The notes below the pieces were generated by a model. It made no database searches, was not told the origin of the DNA, and saw only the letters and a program-made list of their open reading frames with translations. Of a stretch of 64,000 bases of DNA, positions 18,464 through 27,502 are shown piece by piece. The DNA lies in NCBI GenBank assembly GCA_964194905.1, contig CAXMOD010000119.1, positions 6,813-70,812 on the forward strand, in the 5' to 3' direction. The DNA comes from an uncultured Desulfobacterales bacterium (GTDB lineage: Bacteria > Myxococcota_A > UBA9160 > JAFDET01). Within the stretch, counting starts at the first letter, position 1. The number at the start of each line of letters is the position of its first letter. Both the position numbers and the translations under genes were made by a program.

Positions 18464-18979
18464 TTACTTCCCGGCGGCCTTCCGGGCTGCTTCGAGCGCG
18501 GCGTCGTAGTCCGGGTGCTCGGCGATCTCGCCCACATACTCCACGTGAACCAGCTTGTCGCGCGAATCCACCACGAAGATCGCCCGCGCGTCGAGGCGCA
18601 GCTCCTTCACGTGGGTGCCGTAGGCATCGCCGAAGGACAGGGCGCGGTGGTCGGAGAGGCACTGCACCTTGTCCACGCCCGCGGCCCCGCACCAGCGACC
18701 CGCCGCGAACGGGAGATCGGCAGAGATGGTGTAGATCGACACGTCGTCGCCCAGCGCCGCCGCCTCCTCGTTGAAGCGTCGCGTCTGCTGGTCGCAGACG
18801 GGAGTGTCGAGGCTCGGGATCACGCTGAAGATGCGCGTCTTGCCCTTGGTGTCCGCCAGGCTCACGTCCTGGAGCTTGGTGTCGATGACCTGGAAGTCCG
18901 GTGCGTCGTCGCCCGCCGTCAGCTCGGGACCGAGCAGGGTAAGCGGGTTTCCGCGCATGGTTACGCTGCGGTTGGCCAT
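18464..18979 (-). CDS. tpx: Thiol peroxidase (atypical 2-Cys peroxiredoxin)
   Basis: ORF 18464..19081 trimmed to ATG 18979 (MANRSVTMRGNPLTL). Contains SVIPSLDTPVCDQQ (peroxidatic Cys) and FAAGRWCGA (resolving Cys). Confidence 0.9.
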   Translation of the reverse strand: MANRSVTMRGNPLTLLGPELTAGDDAPDFQVIDTKLQDVSLADTKGKTRIFSVIPSLDTPVCDQQTRRFNEEAAALGDDVSIYTISADLPFAAGRWCGAAGVDKVQCLSDHRALSFGDAYGTHVKELRLDARAIFVVDSRDKLVHVEYVGEIAEHPDYDAALEAARKAAGK

Positions 18980-19038
18980 GGGGGGTCTCCTCGAAGGTTG
19001 GTCGCGGGAGTCTAACTCTCCGGCCTGAGAAGGGGGAG

Positions 19039-19047
19039 TGGTAGACT
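19039..19047 (+). promoter_or_regulatory. Extended -10 TGgTAGACT, 6 nt upstream of the ATG at 19054 (leaderless candidate)
   Basis: agTGgTAGACTcgccggATG read directly. Confidence 0.35.
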
Positions 19048-19053
19048 CGCCGG

Positions 19054-19716
19054 ATGCCCGACACCCCCAAGTCATTCGCACTCGGCGCCGAGATCCACTC
19101 CTACCTGGTGGAGCACGGCACGCCGCCCGACGCTGTGCAGCGCGAGCTGATCGAGGAGACCACCAAGCTGGGCGGTATTTCCAGAATGCAGGTCGCCCCC
19201 GAGCAGGGCGCCTTCATGACGCTCCTGGCGCGCCTCATCGGCGCGCAACGCGCCGTCGAGGTCGGCACCTTCACCGGCTACTCCACCCTCTGCATCGCCC
19301 GCGGCCTCCCCGACGACGGGCAGGTGCTGGCCTGCGACGTATCCGATGAGTGGACCTCCATCGGGCGCCCCTTCTGGGAGAAGGCGGGCGTGGCCGATCG
19401 CATCGACCTGCGCATCGGGCCGGCGCTCGAGACGCTGCGCGCGCTGCCGCGCGAAGAGACCTTCGACATGGCCTTCATCGACGCCGACAAGGGAAACTAC
19501 GCGAACTACTACGAGGAGATCCTGCCGCGCCTGCGGACCGGCGGCGTCATCCTCGTGGACAACGTACTGTGGAGCGGCTCGGTCGTGGAGCCCAACCCGG
19601 ACGACCCGAACCGGGAAGCGATCCGCGCTTTCAACGACAAGGTGGCTGCGGACGAGCGAGTCGACCGCGTAATGATCCCGCTGGCCGACGGCCTGACCCT
19701 CGCCCGCAAGCGTTGA
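19054..19716 (+). CDS. Class I SAM-dependent O-methyltransferase (caffeoyl-CoA OMT-like, family 3)
   Basis: 220 aa with VEVGTFTGYSTL, the metal site FIDADKGNY, and VDNVLWSG. Confidence 0.9.
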   Translation: MPDTPKSFALGAEIHSYLVEHGTPPDAVQRELIEETTKLGGISRMQVAPEQGAFMTLLARLIGAQRAVEVGTFTGYSTLCIARGLPDDGQVLACDVSDEWTSIGRPFWEKAGVADRIDLRIGPALETLRALPREETFDMAFIDADKGNYANYYEEILPRLRTGGVILVDNVLWSGSVVEPNPDDPNREAIRAFNDKVAADERVDRVMIPLADGLTLARKR

Positions 19717-20259
19717 CTAGGGGGCCTCTTTCTCGAGGCCCCAACGGGTTGCGCATTGGACTACCCAGGCGCCGTGGGCACGGGCCGCGGTCAGGTGCTT
19801 GGGCGTCGGGCCTGCTTCGCCGCGCCTCGGGCTGGTCCAGGCGAGCGGGCCCCAGTGGCAGCCGGCGTCGCGGAAGCCTTCGAGCCGGTTGTGCATCGGC
19901 ACGGTCAGCATGCCCTGCTCGGCGAAGTGCGCCCATATGTTGATCAGCGCCAGCTCCGCCCCACCGCGCCCGCCGACGCCACCGCTCACGAACGCCGCGC
20001 CCAGCTTGCCCACGAGGTCGCCGCGCAGCCAAGCCGGTGAGAGACGCTCGAAGAAGCCGCGCAGGCTCGCTTCGACCCCCGCCATGTGGACGCCGCTCCC
20101 CACGGCGAGCACGTCGGACGCCTGCACGTCGGCTTCCTCGGCCTCCTGGGCGGCCCGCACCGTGACGTCGGCGCCGGCCTCGCGAGCGCCCTCGGCGAAG
20201 GCGTCCGCCATGCGGCGGGTGCGACCGGTCTGCGAGGCGACGACGACGAGGACGCGCAC
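19717..20259 (-). CDS. Flavodoxin-fold NAD(P)H-dependent oxidoreductase (WrbA-like)
   Basis: Only the C-terminal 180 aa of the 1124-aa track ORF look real. GTG at 20259 opens VRVLVVVASQTGRTRRMA (flavodoxin P-loop-like), then VGSGVHMAG. Its stop abuts the OMT stop (TGA|CTA). Confidence 0.7.
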   Translation of the reverse strand: MRVLVVVASQTGRTRRMADAFAEGAREAGADVTVRAAQEAEEADVQASDVLAVGSGVHMAGVEASLRGFFERLSPAWLRGDLVGKLGAAFVSGGVGGRGGAELALINIWAHFAEQGMLTVPMHNRLEGFRDAGCHWGPLAWTSPRRGEAGPTPKHLTAARAHGAWVVQCATRWGLEKEAP

Positions 20260-20303
20260 GGCGCGCAGTGTATCCGCTATCGGCACTGCACGCGCCTTCG
20301 GCG

Positions 20304-21251
20304 CTAGCGGCGGCGCAAGCGATCGAGCGCGGCTGCGAAGTCCGGGGGGTCCGGACTCGTGGCGCGAATCTCGTCGAAGGCGAGCTCGGCCGCGTGCAGC
20401 AGCTGGCGCGCGGCAGCCGAAGGATCCTCCGCGTCGGCGGATCGGGCGCCCGGACCGTAGTCGCGATCTCCCAACACCGGGCAGCCCAGGTGCGCCAGGG
20501 TGGCGCGCACCTGGTGCAGGAAGCCCGTTTCCAGATCGATCTCCAGCAGGCTCGCCTCCGGGAAGCGCTCCCGTATCTGCCAGGAAAGGCGCCCGAGGCG
20601 CACGTCGCCGTTGCGCGAAGCGCGCTCGGCGTCCACCACCTCCACTCGCGCAGGCCGGTGGCGCGCCACGCGCAGACCCACCTCCGCACGGCCCTCGTCG
20701 GGAGGAGCACCCAGCACCACCGCCCGGTAGCGCTTGGTGACGCGGTGGTTGCGGAAGGCGCGGCGCAGGCGGCGCCAGCTGCGTTCCTCCGTCGCCACCA
20801 GCAGAGCGCCGGAGGTATCCACGTCGAGGCGGTGCACGACGCCACTGCGCAGGCCGCCCTCTCCCACGCCCTGCACTTCTGGCTGTCGCGCCGCCACGAA
20901 GTTGAGCACCGTGCCCCTCTCGTCTTCCTCGTAGGGATGCACGGGCATGCCGGCGGGCTTGTCCACGACCAGCCAGCCCGGCCCCTCGGCCAGGACCCCG
21001 AGGGCGGGCTCTCGAGCGGGCGCCACGCGCTGCTCCGCGCGGGGAGCGAACGCCTCCACCGCCACCCGCGCGCCCGACGTCAGCTTCAGCCCCTTGGCGC
21101 CTGCGTCCTGGCGTCGCCCGTCCACCGACACCTTGCCCCGCGCCAGCAGGCGGCGCGTCTCGGCGCGCGAGAGTCCCAGCCGCTGCGCCAGGAAAGCGTC
21201 GAGACGTGCCCCCGACGCGTCGCGCTCCACCTCGAAGTCCCCGCCTTGCAT
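20304..21251 (-). CDS. RluA-family pseudouridine synthase with N-terminal S4 domain
   Basis: 315 aa. S4-like RLDAFLAQRLGLSRAETRRLLARGKVSVDG, the catalytic HRLDVDTSGALL, and KRYRAVV. Confidence 0.9.
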   Translation of the reverse strand: MQGGDFEVERDASGARLDAFLAQRLGLSRAETRRLLARGKVSVDGRRQDAGAKGLKLTSGARVAVEAFAPRAEQRVAPAREPALGVLAEGPGWLVVDKPAGMPVHPYEEDERGTVLNFVAARQPEVQGVGEGGLRSGVVHRLDVDTSGALLVATEERSWRRLRRAFRNHRVTKRYRAVVLGAPPDEGRAEVGLRVARHRPARVEVVDAERASRNGDVRLGRLSWQIRERFPEASLLEIDLETGFLHQVRATLAHLGCPVLGDRDYGPGARSADAEDPSAAARQLLHAAELAFDEIRATSPDPPDFAAALDRLRRR

Positions 21252-21403
21252 GGGAAAAGTCTAGCGGGTACGCTGCGACGTGATGTCCGGCACGGGTTCC
21301 CTCACGATCCATTCCCGCGTGATCCAGAGTGCGATCGGGTCGATTATCGGCCGGGGGCCCCGGTCTGCCGGACGCTGACGCCCAGCGCGTCACACCATTC
21401 CGC

Positions 21404-21438
21404 AGGCCGTGGGTGAGATGCCCGCGGCCTTTGTTTTT
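21404..21438 (+). terminator. Intrinsic-terminator-like hairpin plus U-tract inside the 5' leader of the citramalate/IPMS synthase gene (attenuator candidate)
   Basis: AGGCCGUGGG (21404-13) / loop UGAGAUG / CCCGCGGCCU (21421-30) gives a 10 bp stem including one G-U pair, followed by UUGUUUUU (21431-38). The start codon lies 12 nt downstream. The upstream gene is divergent, so this hairpin cannot be an ordinary 3' terminator. Confidence 0.55.
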
Positions 21439-21450
21439 GGGGACGATTCC

Positions 21451-23001
21451 ATGAGCAGCGACGACACCCGACGCATCCAGGTGATGGACACCACCCTGCG
21501 CGACGGGGAGCAGACGCCCGACATCGCCTACACGCCCGAGGAGAAGCTCCAGCTCGCCCGGCTGCTGCTCTCCGAGGTGAACGTGGACCGCATCGAGATC
21601 GCCCAGGTGAAGGTCTCCGAAGGCGAGGCTTCCGCCGCGCGGCGTATCACGACCTGGGCGCGCAAGCAGGGCTGGGTCGAGCGCATCGAGATCCTCGGCC
21701 TGGCCGACGGAACGTCCTCCGTGGACTGGATCGCGAAGGCGCGGGGCAAGGTGCTGAACCTGCTCACCAAGGGATCCGAGGCGCACTGCCGGGGCCAGCT
21801 GGGCGTCGCGCCCAAGACCCATCGCGAACGCGTCGCGACCACCGTGGGCTACGCGCGCAAGCGTCGCATGAAGGTGAATGCCTACCTCGAGGATTGGTCG
21901 AACGGCGTGCGCAACTCGTTCGACTACGTCTTTGCACTGGTTGAGACCCTGCGCGAGGCGGGCGTGCAGCGCATGTACCTGCCCGACACCCTCGGTATCT
22001 TCTCGCCCCACCAGGTGCAGCGCTACGTGGGGCTGATGACAGCGACCTGGCCGGACGTGCACTTCGAGTTCCACGCTCACAACGACTACGGACTGGCCAC
22101 GGCCAACTGTCTGGTCGCCATCGAAGCCGGGGCGCGCGGCGTGCACACGAGCGTCAACGGCATGGGCGAGCGCGCGGGCAACGCGCGACTCGCCGAGGTG
22201 GTCGCTTCCCTGAACGACCAGACCGACTTCCACACCGGCGTCGACGAATCGCGCCTGGGCACCGTGTCGAGCATGGTGGAGAGCTTCAGCGGCAAGGACA
22301 TGCCGGGGAACACTCCCATCGTTGGCCGCGACGTATTCACCCAGACCGCCGGCATTCACGCCGACGGCGACGTGAAGGGCCAGCTCTACCACAGCCGCCT
22401 GGCGCCGGAGCGCTTCGGGCGCCGCCGCCGCTACGCGCTGGGCAAGCTCTCCGGGAAGGCGTCGCTCAACCAGAACCTGAAGGAACTGGGTATCGATCTG
22501 CCCGAAGCCCACCGGGACCTGGTGCTGCGGCGCATCGTGGAGCTGGGCGACAAGAAGCACACGGTAGGGCCGGAGGACCTGCCCTACATCATCGCGGACG
22601 TGCTCCAGACGCCCGCCGAGCAGCGAGTGCGGGTGGAGTCCTACCGGGTCCACGTCTCGACCACCGAGCATCCTTCTGCGGAGGTGGCGGTCGCCTATCA
22701 GGGTCGCATCGCCAAGGCCCAGGCCGAAGGAGACGGCGGTTATGACGCCTTCATGAACGCGCTCAAGAAGGCGCTGAAGACCTTCCGCATCGCGGTGCCG
22801 CGCCTGGAGGACTACCGCGTGCGCATCCCGCCGGGGGGGCGCACCGCGGCTCTCGTCGAGACGGTGATCACCTGGGAGAGCGAGCAGGGCTCGTTCAAGA
22901 CCCTCGGGGTGGACTCGGACCAGATGGCGGCGGCCGTCCTCGCCACCGAGAAGATGCTGAACCTGGTCGTCGTCGGCGGCCGCCGGCGCGGCACGGATTG
23001 A
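21451..23001 (+). CDS. Citramalate synthase / 2-isopropylmalate synthase family (CimA/LeuA-like, with C-terminal LeuA-dimer regulatory domain)
   Basis: The track ORF starts at GTG 21409, inside the hairpin, so ATG 21451 (MSSDDTRRIQVMDTTLRDGEQ) is preferred. DRE-TIM motifs LRDGEQ, HAHNDYGLATAN and GMGERAGNA are present, with a C-terminal GDGGYDAFMNALKK regulatory domain. Confidence 0.9.
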   Translation: MSSDDTRRIQVMDTTLRDGEQTPDIAYTPEEKLQLARLLLSEVNVDRIEIAQVKVSEGEASAARRITTWARKQGWVERIEILGLADGTSSVDWIAKARGKVLNLLTKGSEAHCRGQLGVAPKTHRERVATTVGYARKRRMKVNAYLEDWSNGVRNSFDYVFALVETLREAGVQRMYLPDTLGIFSPHQVQRYVGLMTATWPDVHFEFHAHNDYGLATANCLVAIEAGARGVHTSVNGMGERAGNARLAEVVASLNDQTDFHTGVDESRLGTVSSMVESFSGKDMPGNTPIVGRDVFTQTAGIHADGDVKGQLYHSRLAPERFGRRRRYALGKLSGKASLNQNLKELGIDLPEAHRDLVLRRIVELGDKKHTVGPEDLPYIIADVLQTPAEQRVRVESYRVHVSTTEHPSAEVAVAYQGRIAKAQAEGDGGYDAFMNALKKALKTFRIAVPRLEDYRVRIPPGGRTAALVETVITWESEQGSFKTLGVDSDQMAAAVLATEKMLNLVVVGGRRRGTD

Positions 23002-23050
23002 CGGGAGGACCTCTCGGCCTACCTTTCCCGGCCACTCCCGGGACGCGCCT

Positions 23051-24013
23051 GTGAACCTCCTCCGCGCCGTCATCCCCCCGCTGTTGCTCACCTTCTCGCT
23101 CGCGTGCGGGGGCAGGCAGACCGATCCGCACTACCAGCCCACCGAGTCGGTGCTGGAGGTGGTGGCGGTGCTGCGCCGCCACGTGCCCGACGACACCTAC
23201 CGATTCCCGCCGGCGGTGGACTTCACCGGTCGCAACGTCTACCGCGCCTCGCTGATCCGATTGGAGAATCTCGAGTGGATCCACAAGGATGCGCTGCGCG
23301 CGGGCTACATGGACGAGGTCATCGCGTTCGCCAAGGGCCGTGCTCTGGAGCGCCTGCGCGCCTTCGACCTGGCCGCCCAGGCCTATCGCAGCGCGGCCCG
23401 GCACAGACGCGCGCTGGAGATGGAGGCGCTGCGCAGCGCCTCCATCTGCGACACCCTGGACGAGGCGGCGCGCATCGGATTCGATCCATCACGACCACCG
23501 GACCTCGAGGCCATCGACCCGCCGCTCCCCACGGACGAGTCGCAGGTGCTCGAGGCCTTCGAGCAGCGCGTGGCCCTATTGGAAGCCCTGGGGGAAGAGG
23601 GCGACGAGTCGCACTACGCTTACCTCGTGCAGGAGGAGATCGAGCGAGCGGACCTGGCGCGTTCGCGCTGGTTCGACGCCGTGCGGCGCCTTTCCGCCGA
23701 CGGCGACGTGCGCGCTCTGGCGGAGCGGCAGCGCGTCGTGGTGCGCCACCGCGAGAGCAAGCTCGCCAACCGCCACATGCTCGCCCTCGGCGACCTGTAC
23801 GCGGAGCTGGCGCAGGACTACGTGGAGGCCAACCCGCCCGAGGGCCTGCGCTTCGATCCCCCGACCTTCCAGGAGCTGGTGGAAGGTGCGTCGCGCCTCT
23901 ACGAAGCCGTGGCCAACCAGGACGGAACGCCCGAGAAGCTCGAGGCCAGACAGCGTCTCGAGGCCTTCCTCGCCTTCACCCTGCGAGTGGATCGTGATCG
24001 CTTCACGCGTTAG
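23051..24013 (+). CDS. Lipoprotein of unknown function
   Basis: 320 aa with a GTG start. Signal peptide with lipobox LLTFSLAC. The rest is helical and charged, with no motif I recognise. Confidence 0.65.
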   Translation: MNLLRAVIPPLLLTFSLACGGRQTDPHYQPTESVLEVVAVLRRHVPDDTYRFPPAVDFTGRNVYRASLIRLENLEWIHKDALRAGYMDEVIAFAKGRALERLRAFDLAAQAYRSAARHRRALEMEALRSASICDTLDEAARIGFDPSRPPDLEAIDPPLPTDESQVLEAFEQRVALLEALGEEGDESHYAYLVQEEIERADLARSRWFDAVRRLSADGDVRALAERQRVVVRHRESKLANRHMLALGDLYAELAQDYVEANPPEGLRFDPPTFQELVEGASRLYEAVANQDGTPEKLEARQRLEAFLAFTLRVDRDRFTR

Positions 24014-26291
24014 CCGGATTGCGTCGCTGAGCGTGCTGGGCCTGTGGCTCGCAGCCTGCGCCACGCCGGCACCGATGCCGAGCGGCTCGGCGCTCCAGCC
24101 CCTGCCGCCCGTAGGGGCGCGCATCCCGGAGGAGGCGGACCTGCTGGCGCGCGACCTCGCCGCGGCGGCGCTGGTGGAGCCGCGTTCGAGCAGTCAGGCG
24201 CTGCTCGGGCGACTCGAGGAGTTGGAGAAGGCGCGCGCCGAGGAGGGTCTCTTGCCCACCGGCCTGGTCCCGGTGGCCGCCGATCTGGTCAACACCACCC
24301 TCGACGACCCCATCGCCTACCGCGTCGCCACAGCGGCGCTGCTCGAGCGCGACGATCTGCCCAGCGGCCTCGAGAAGCGTCTTCAGGACGACGTGCGCGA
24401 CGATCCGCTGCGCCTCGCCGACGCGCGCCTGCGCGAGGCGTTCGTGAAGGACGCCGCCGAGGTCTTCAACGCCATCGTCGCCCCGCTCTCCAAGGCGGCC
24501 TACACGCCCATCGCCGCGGGCATCGGCCTGGCGCGCTCGCTCGTCAACCTGGCCCTCTCCGAGCGGGCGGAGCCGGAGCTCGAGTTCCGCGAGCGCCAGG
24601 CTCTGGCGCATTGGAAGCGCTTCCTCGACGAGAACCCGGAATCGCCGCTCGCCGCCGAGATTGCGGGGCGGACAGAGCAGACCCAGCTGCGCTGGAATCG
24701 CACACGTCGGGACGAGGACCTGCGCCTGGCTCGCCACGCGATGCGCCTGAAGAGGTGGGACGTGGCCTACCTGCTCGCCGTGCGCGCCGAGCGCTACTGG
24801 CCCGAGGACGGCGACGCCATCGAAATCCGCGAGCGCGCCGCCGTGGAGCTCTCCGCGTTCCACGCCGACCGTGCGCGGACGCTGGAGGTCTCCACGGAAA
24901 AGGTCGCCGCGGAAGACACACCGCTGGCGCGCGACCTCGCCGTGGCGCTGCTCTTGCCGGATTCCGACCTGGAGGCGGCTGCTCGATCGCTGCTGGGTTC
25001 CGCCCCCGACGGTCCGCTGGTCGACGAAGCGCGCTGGGCGCTGGCGCTCGCGTACCACGAAAGCGGCGCCGGCGGCCACGAGGTGCAGAGCTGGAAGATT
25101 CTCGACGAGGTCGCCCGGGCGCCCGCCGATGAGTCGAACATGTCGCGTCACGCGAACGCGCTGCTCCGGAACCCGCGCCAGAACCCGTACGCGGCCTTCC
25201 GCACCGCACAGTCGAGCGACATCGGCTCCAAGCTCGGCTGGGTCTTTCTCGGCCCCTACTCGAAGGGTCCGCGCTCCCGCGACCTGCCGCGCCCCCTCGA
25301 ATGGCTGATTGATCTGCCTTCGATGGCCCAGGCGATCACCACCTTTCCGAACCGGCTGTTGCAATACCCCTGGATGAAGAAGAAGCCCTTCGGGCGCGGC
25401 GCCGCGGTGCACGCGCGCAACTACCTGGCGCGACACCCCGACGGCGCTCACGCCGACGAGGTGGCGGATTGGCTCGGCCAGTGGGAAGGCGGACAGGGCA
25501 ACTGGCTGGCCGCGTGGGACGTGGCCAAGGGCGCGACCCAGGAAGACGACCGCGGCGGACTGCTGGGCCTGCGCTTGCGCGCATCATTCCAGGCTCTGGC
25601 GAGCGCGCAACGTCAGACGCGAGGCGACGTGCGCCTCTCGATGTTGCGCCACGTGGCGCGCGAGTTTCACGGCACCGACGCCGGACGCGAAGCCGCAGGC
25701 CTGGCGCGCGACGAGCTGCGCAAGGCGACCGCCCAGCGCATCCGCATCTCGCGCGGCTTCCTCACGGAGAATCCGGAGGTGGCGGGCCCCGACGGCCTGG
25801 CGCTGCGGCCGGAGCTGCTCGACGGAAAGACCCAGAACGGCGAGCTGCACCCGGAGGGCGTGGTGCTCGCCGGCGGCCGCATCCTGGAGTTCAACTACGT
25901 GGGCGCGAGCGGCAGCCTGCGCAAGCCGCCGGTCGTGCGCCGCCAACGCGTGTCCGAGGAGCGTCTGGGCCGGCTGGTCGCCCTTCTGCACGAGACCGCG
26001 GTCAGCAACTTCGCCGAAGATTCCGGGGACGTGCTCGGCCCGGACGCGGGCCGCGACCTCTTCTTCGAACGCGCGCGCCTCGGCGTGGCGGACCACCCCG
26101 ACCGGCGCGCGTCCGCACGTTCCACCTACACCTTCCTCGGCCTGCGCGAGCGCTACGGCGTGGTGCGCGGCCGCGAGCCGATCCTGCCCTTCGACATCGT
26201 CCTCCAAGGCTCGCTGCCGGATCTCTCCGTCGCGGTCTTCCCCCGCATGCGCGCCCCGCGCCCCACCCCCGACGCCATCCTCTACAAGTAG
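23994..26291 (+). CDS. Large lipoprotein of unknown function (about 765 aa)
   Basis: The real frame of track ORF 23289..26291 begins at GTG 23994 (VIASRVSRIASLSVLGLWLAAC, lipobox LAAC) and overlaps the preceding gene by 20 nt. No motif I recognise. Confidence 0.65.
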   Translation: MIASRVSRIASLSVLGLWLAACATPAPMPSGSALQPLPPVGARIPEEADLLARDLAAAALVEPRSSSQALLGRLEELEKARAEEGLLPTGLVPVAADLVNTTLDDPIAYRVATAALLERDDLPSGLEKRLQDDVRDDPLRLADARLREAFVKDAAEVFNAIVAPLSKAAYTPIAAGIGLARSLVNLALSERAEPELEFRERQALAHWKRFLDENPESPLAAEIAGRTEQTQLRWNRTRRDEDLRLARHAMRLKRWDVAYLLAVRAERYWPEDGDAIEIRERAAVELSAFHADRARTLEVSTEKVAAEDTPLARDLAVALLLPDSDLEAAARSLLGSAPDGPLVDEARWALALAYHESGAGGHEVQSWKILDEVARAPADESNMSRHANALLRNPRQNPYAAFRTAQSSDIGSKLGWVFLGPYSKGPRSRDLPRPLEWLIDLPSMAQAITTFPNRLLQYPWMKKKPFGRGAAVHARNYLARHPDGAHADEVADWLGQWEGGQGNWLAAWDVAKGATQEDDRGGLLGLRLRASFQALASAQRQTRGDVRLSMLRHVAREFHGTDAGREAAGLARDELRKATAQRIRISRGFLTENPEVAGPDGLALRPELLDGKTQNGELHPEGVVLAGGRILEFNYVGASGSLRKPPVVRRQRVSEERLGRLVALLHETAVSNFAEDSGDVLGPDAGRDLFFERARLGVADHPDRRASARSTYTFLGLRERYGVVRGREPILPFDIVLQGSLPDLSVAVFPRMRAPRPTPDAILYK

Positions 26292-27502
26292 CGCCCAGTC
26301 AGACCGTAAGCCTCGGCGAGGAGATCTACGGGGTGGCGCAGTTGTGCGCGGAGCCCGCGCGTGGCCGCGCCGGCGCGCAGCTGCATCAGGCAGCCGGGAT
26401 TCCCGCTGACGATCACATCGGGATCGACCGCAGCGAGCGCGTCCATCTTGCGCGCCAGGACGGCAGCAGACATCTCGGCCTGAGTCAGGTTGTAGGTGCC
26501 CGCGGCGCCACAGCATGAGGTCGGGTCCGCGTGGGGCACGAGCTCGAGCCCCCCAATCGCCTCGAGCAGCCGGCGCGGGGCGTCGCGCACACCCTGGCCG
26601 TGCACCAGGTGACACGGATCGTCGTAGCAGACGCGCAGCGGCAGCTCGCGCTCGAAAGGGCGCGCTCCGTGGGCGTCGAGCCACTCGCACGGATCGCGCA
26701 CGAGGTCGGCCAGCGGCGTTCCCGAGTCGCGCACGAAGGCGCCGCAACCCGCGGAGTTGACGACCACCGCGTCGAGCGTCTCCTCGCCGAAGGCAGCCAC
26801 GTTGACCTCCAACAGGTCGTGGGCGAACTGCGCGTCGCCGGCGTGGGCCTGCAACGCGCCGCAGCAGCCCTGGCCCCGCACCACCACCACCTCGAAGCCG
26901 TTGTGCGCCAACACGGCGGCCGTCGCTGCATTCGTCGCGCCGAAGAGCTCGGGCATCACGCAGCCGGTGAGCAGGCCCACGCGCCCGCGCTTCGCACCAC
27001 GTGCCGGCACGAGGGAGGGCAACGCGCGGCGCTCGCGACGCGGCGGGACGCGCGGCGCCAGCGCGCGCAGGCGGGGCGGCAGCAGCGCCAGGAGCGGCCG
27101 GTCGAGGTGCAGGCGCTGTCCTACCGCGACCAGGTCGAACAGCGCGCGCAGCCGGCGCGGCTTCGGCACCAGGTGACGCAGCGCCAGGCGCTCGACGCGG
27201 GCCTTCCGCCCGACGCGCAGCCCCGCCTCCTGTACTTGAGCGCGCGTCTGCTCGAGAAGCGCCCCATAGCGGACACCGGACGGGCAGGCCGTCTCGCAGG
27301 CGCGGCAGCCGAGGCACAGGAACGCTTCCTCCGCGACCACGTCGCCCAGCTCGATCTGCCCTTCCGCCACGCCCCGCATCAGATACACGCGGCCGCGCGG
27401 CGACGAGGTCTCGCGGCCGGTCTCCCGAGAGGTGGGACAGTCGGGCAGGCACAGGCCGCAGTGCACGCAGTCGAGCGTGTCGGGGTAGAGCGCGCCAGCC
27501 AT
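26282..27502 (-). CDS. glcF: Glycolate oxidase iron-sulfur subunit
   Basis: 406 aa with 2x[4Fe-4S] motifs CVHCGLCLPDCP and CLGCRACETACP, plus two CCG domains (CCGA). The ATGA overlap with glcE is present. Confidence 0.85.
   Translation of the reverse strand: MAGALYPDTLDCVHCGLCLPDCPTSRETGRETSSPRGRVYLMRGVAEGQIELGDVVAEEAFLCLGCRACETACPSGVRYGALLEQTRAQVQEAGLRVGRKARVERLALRHLVPKPRRLRALFDLVAVGQRLHLDRPLLALLPPRLRALAPRVPPRRERRALPSLVPARGAKRGRVGLLTGCVMPELFGATNAATAAVLAHNGFEVVVVRGQGCCGALQAHAGDAQFAHDLLEVNVAAFGEETLDAVVVNSAGCGAFVRDSGTPLADLVRDPCEWLDAHGARPFERELPLRVCYDDPCHLVHGQGVRDAPRRLLEAIGGLELVPHADPTSCCGAAGTYNLTQAEMSAAVLARKMDALAAVDPDVIVSGNPGCLMQLRAGAATRGLRAQLRHPVDLLAEAYGLTGRYL

Noticed and set aside
21409-21450. 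GTG 21409 as the start of the citramalate/IPMS synthase (track N-terminus MGEMPAAFVFGDDS)
   Set aside because: This start lies inside the terminator-like hairpin and U-tract. The conserved N-terminus begins right after ATG 21451. The extension has no counterpart in the family as I know it.
20260-23091. Upstream ~940 codons of the 1124-aa minus-strand ORF 19717..23091
   Set aside because: Only the last 180 codons (a flavodoxin-like protein starting at GTG 20259) look real. The rest is Arg/Gly/Ala/Pro low-complexity sequence running antisense or out of frame through the RluA-type and citramalate-synthase genes, which have unambiguous motifs.
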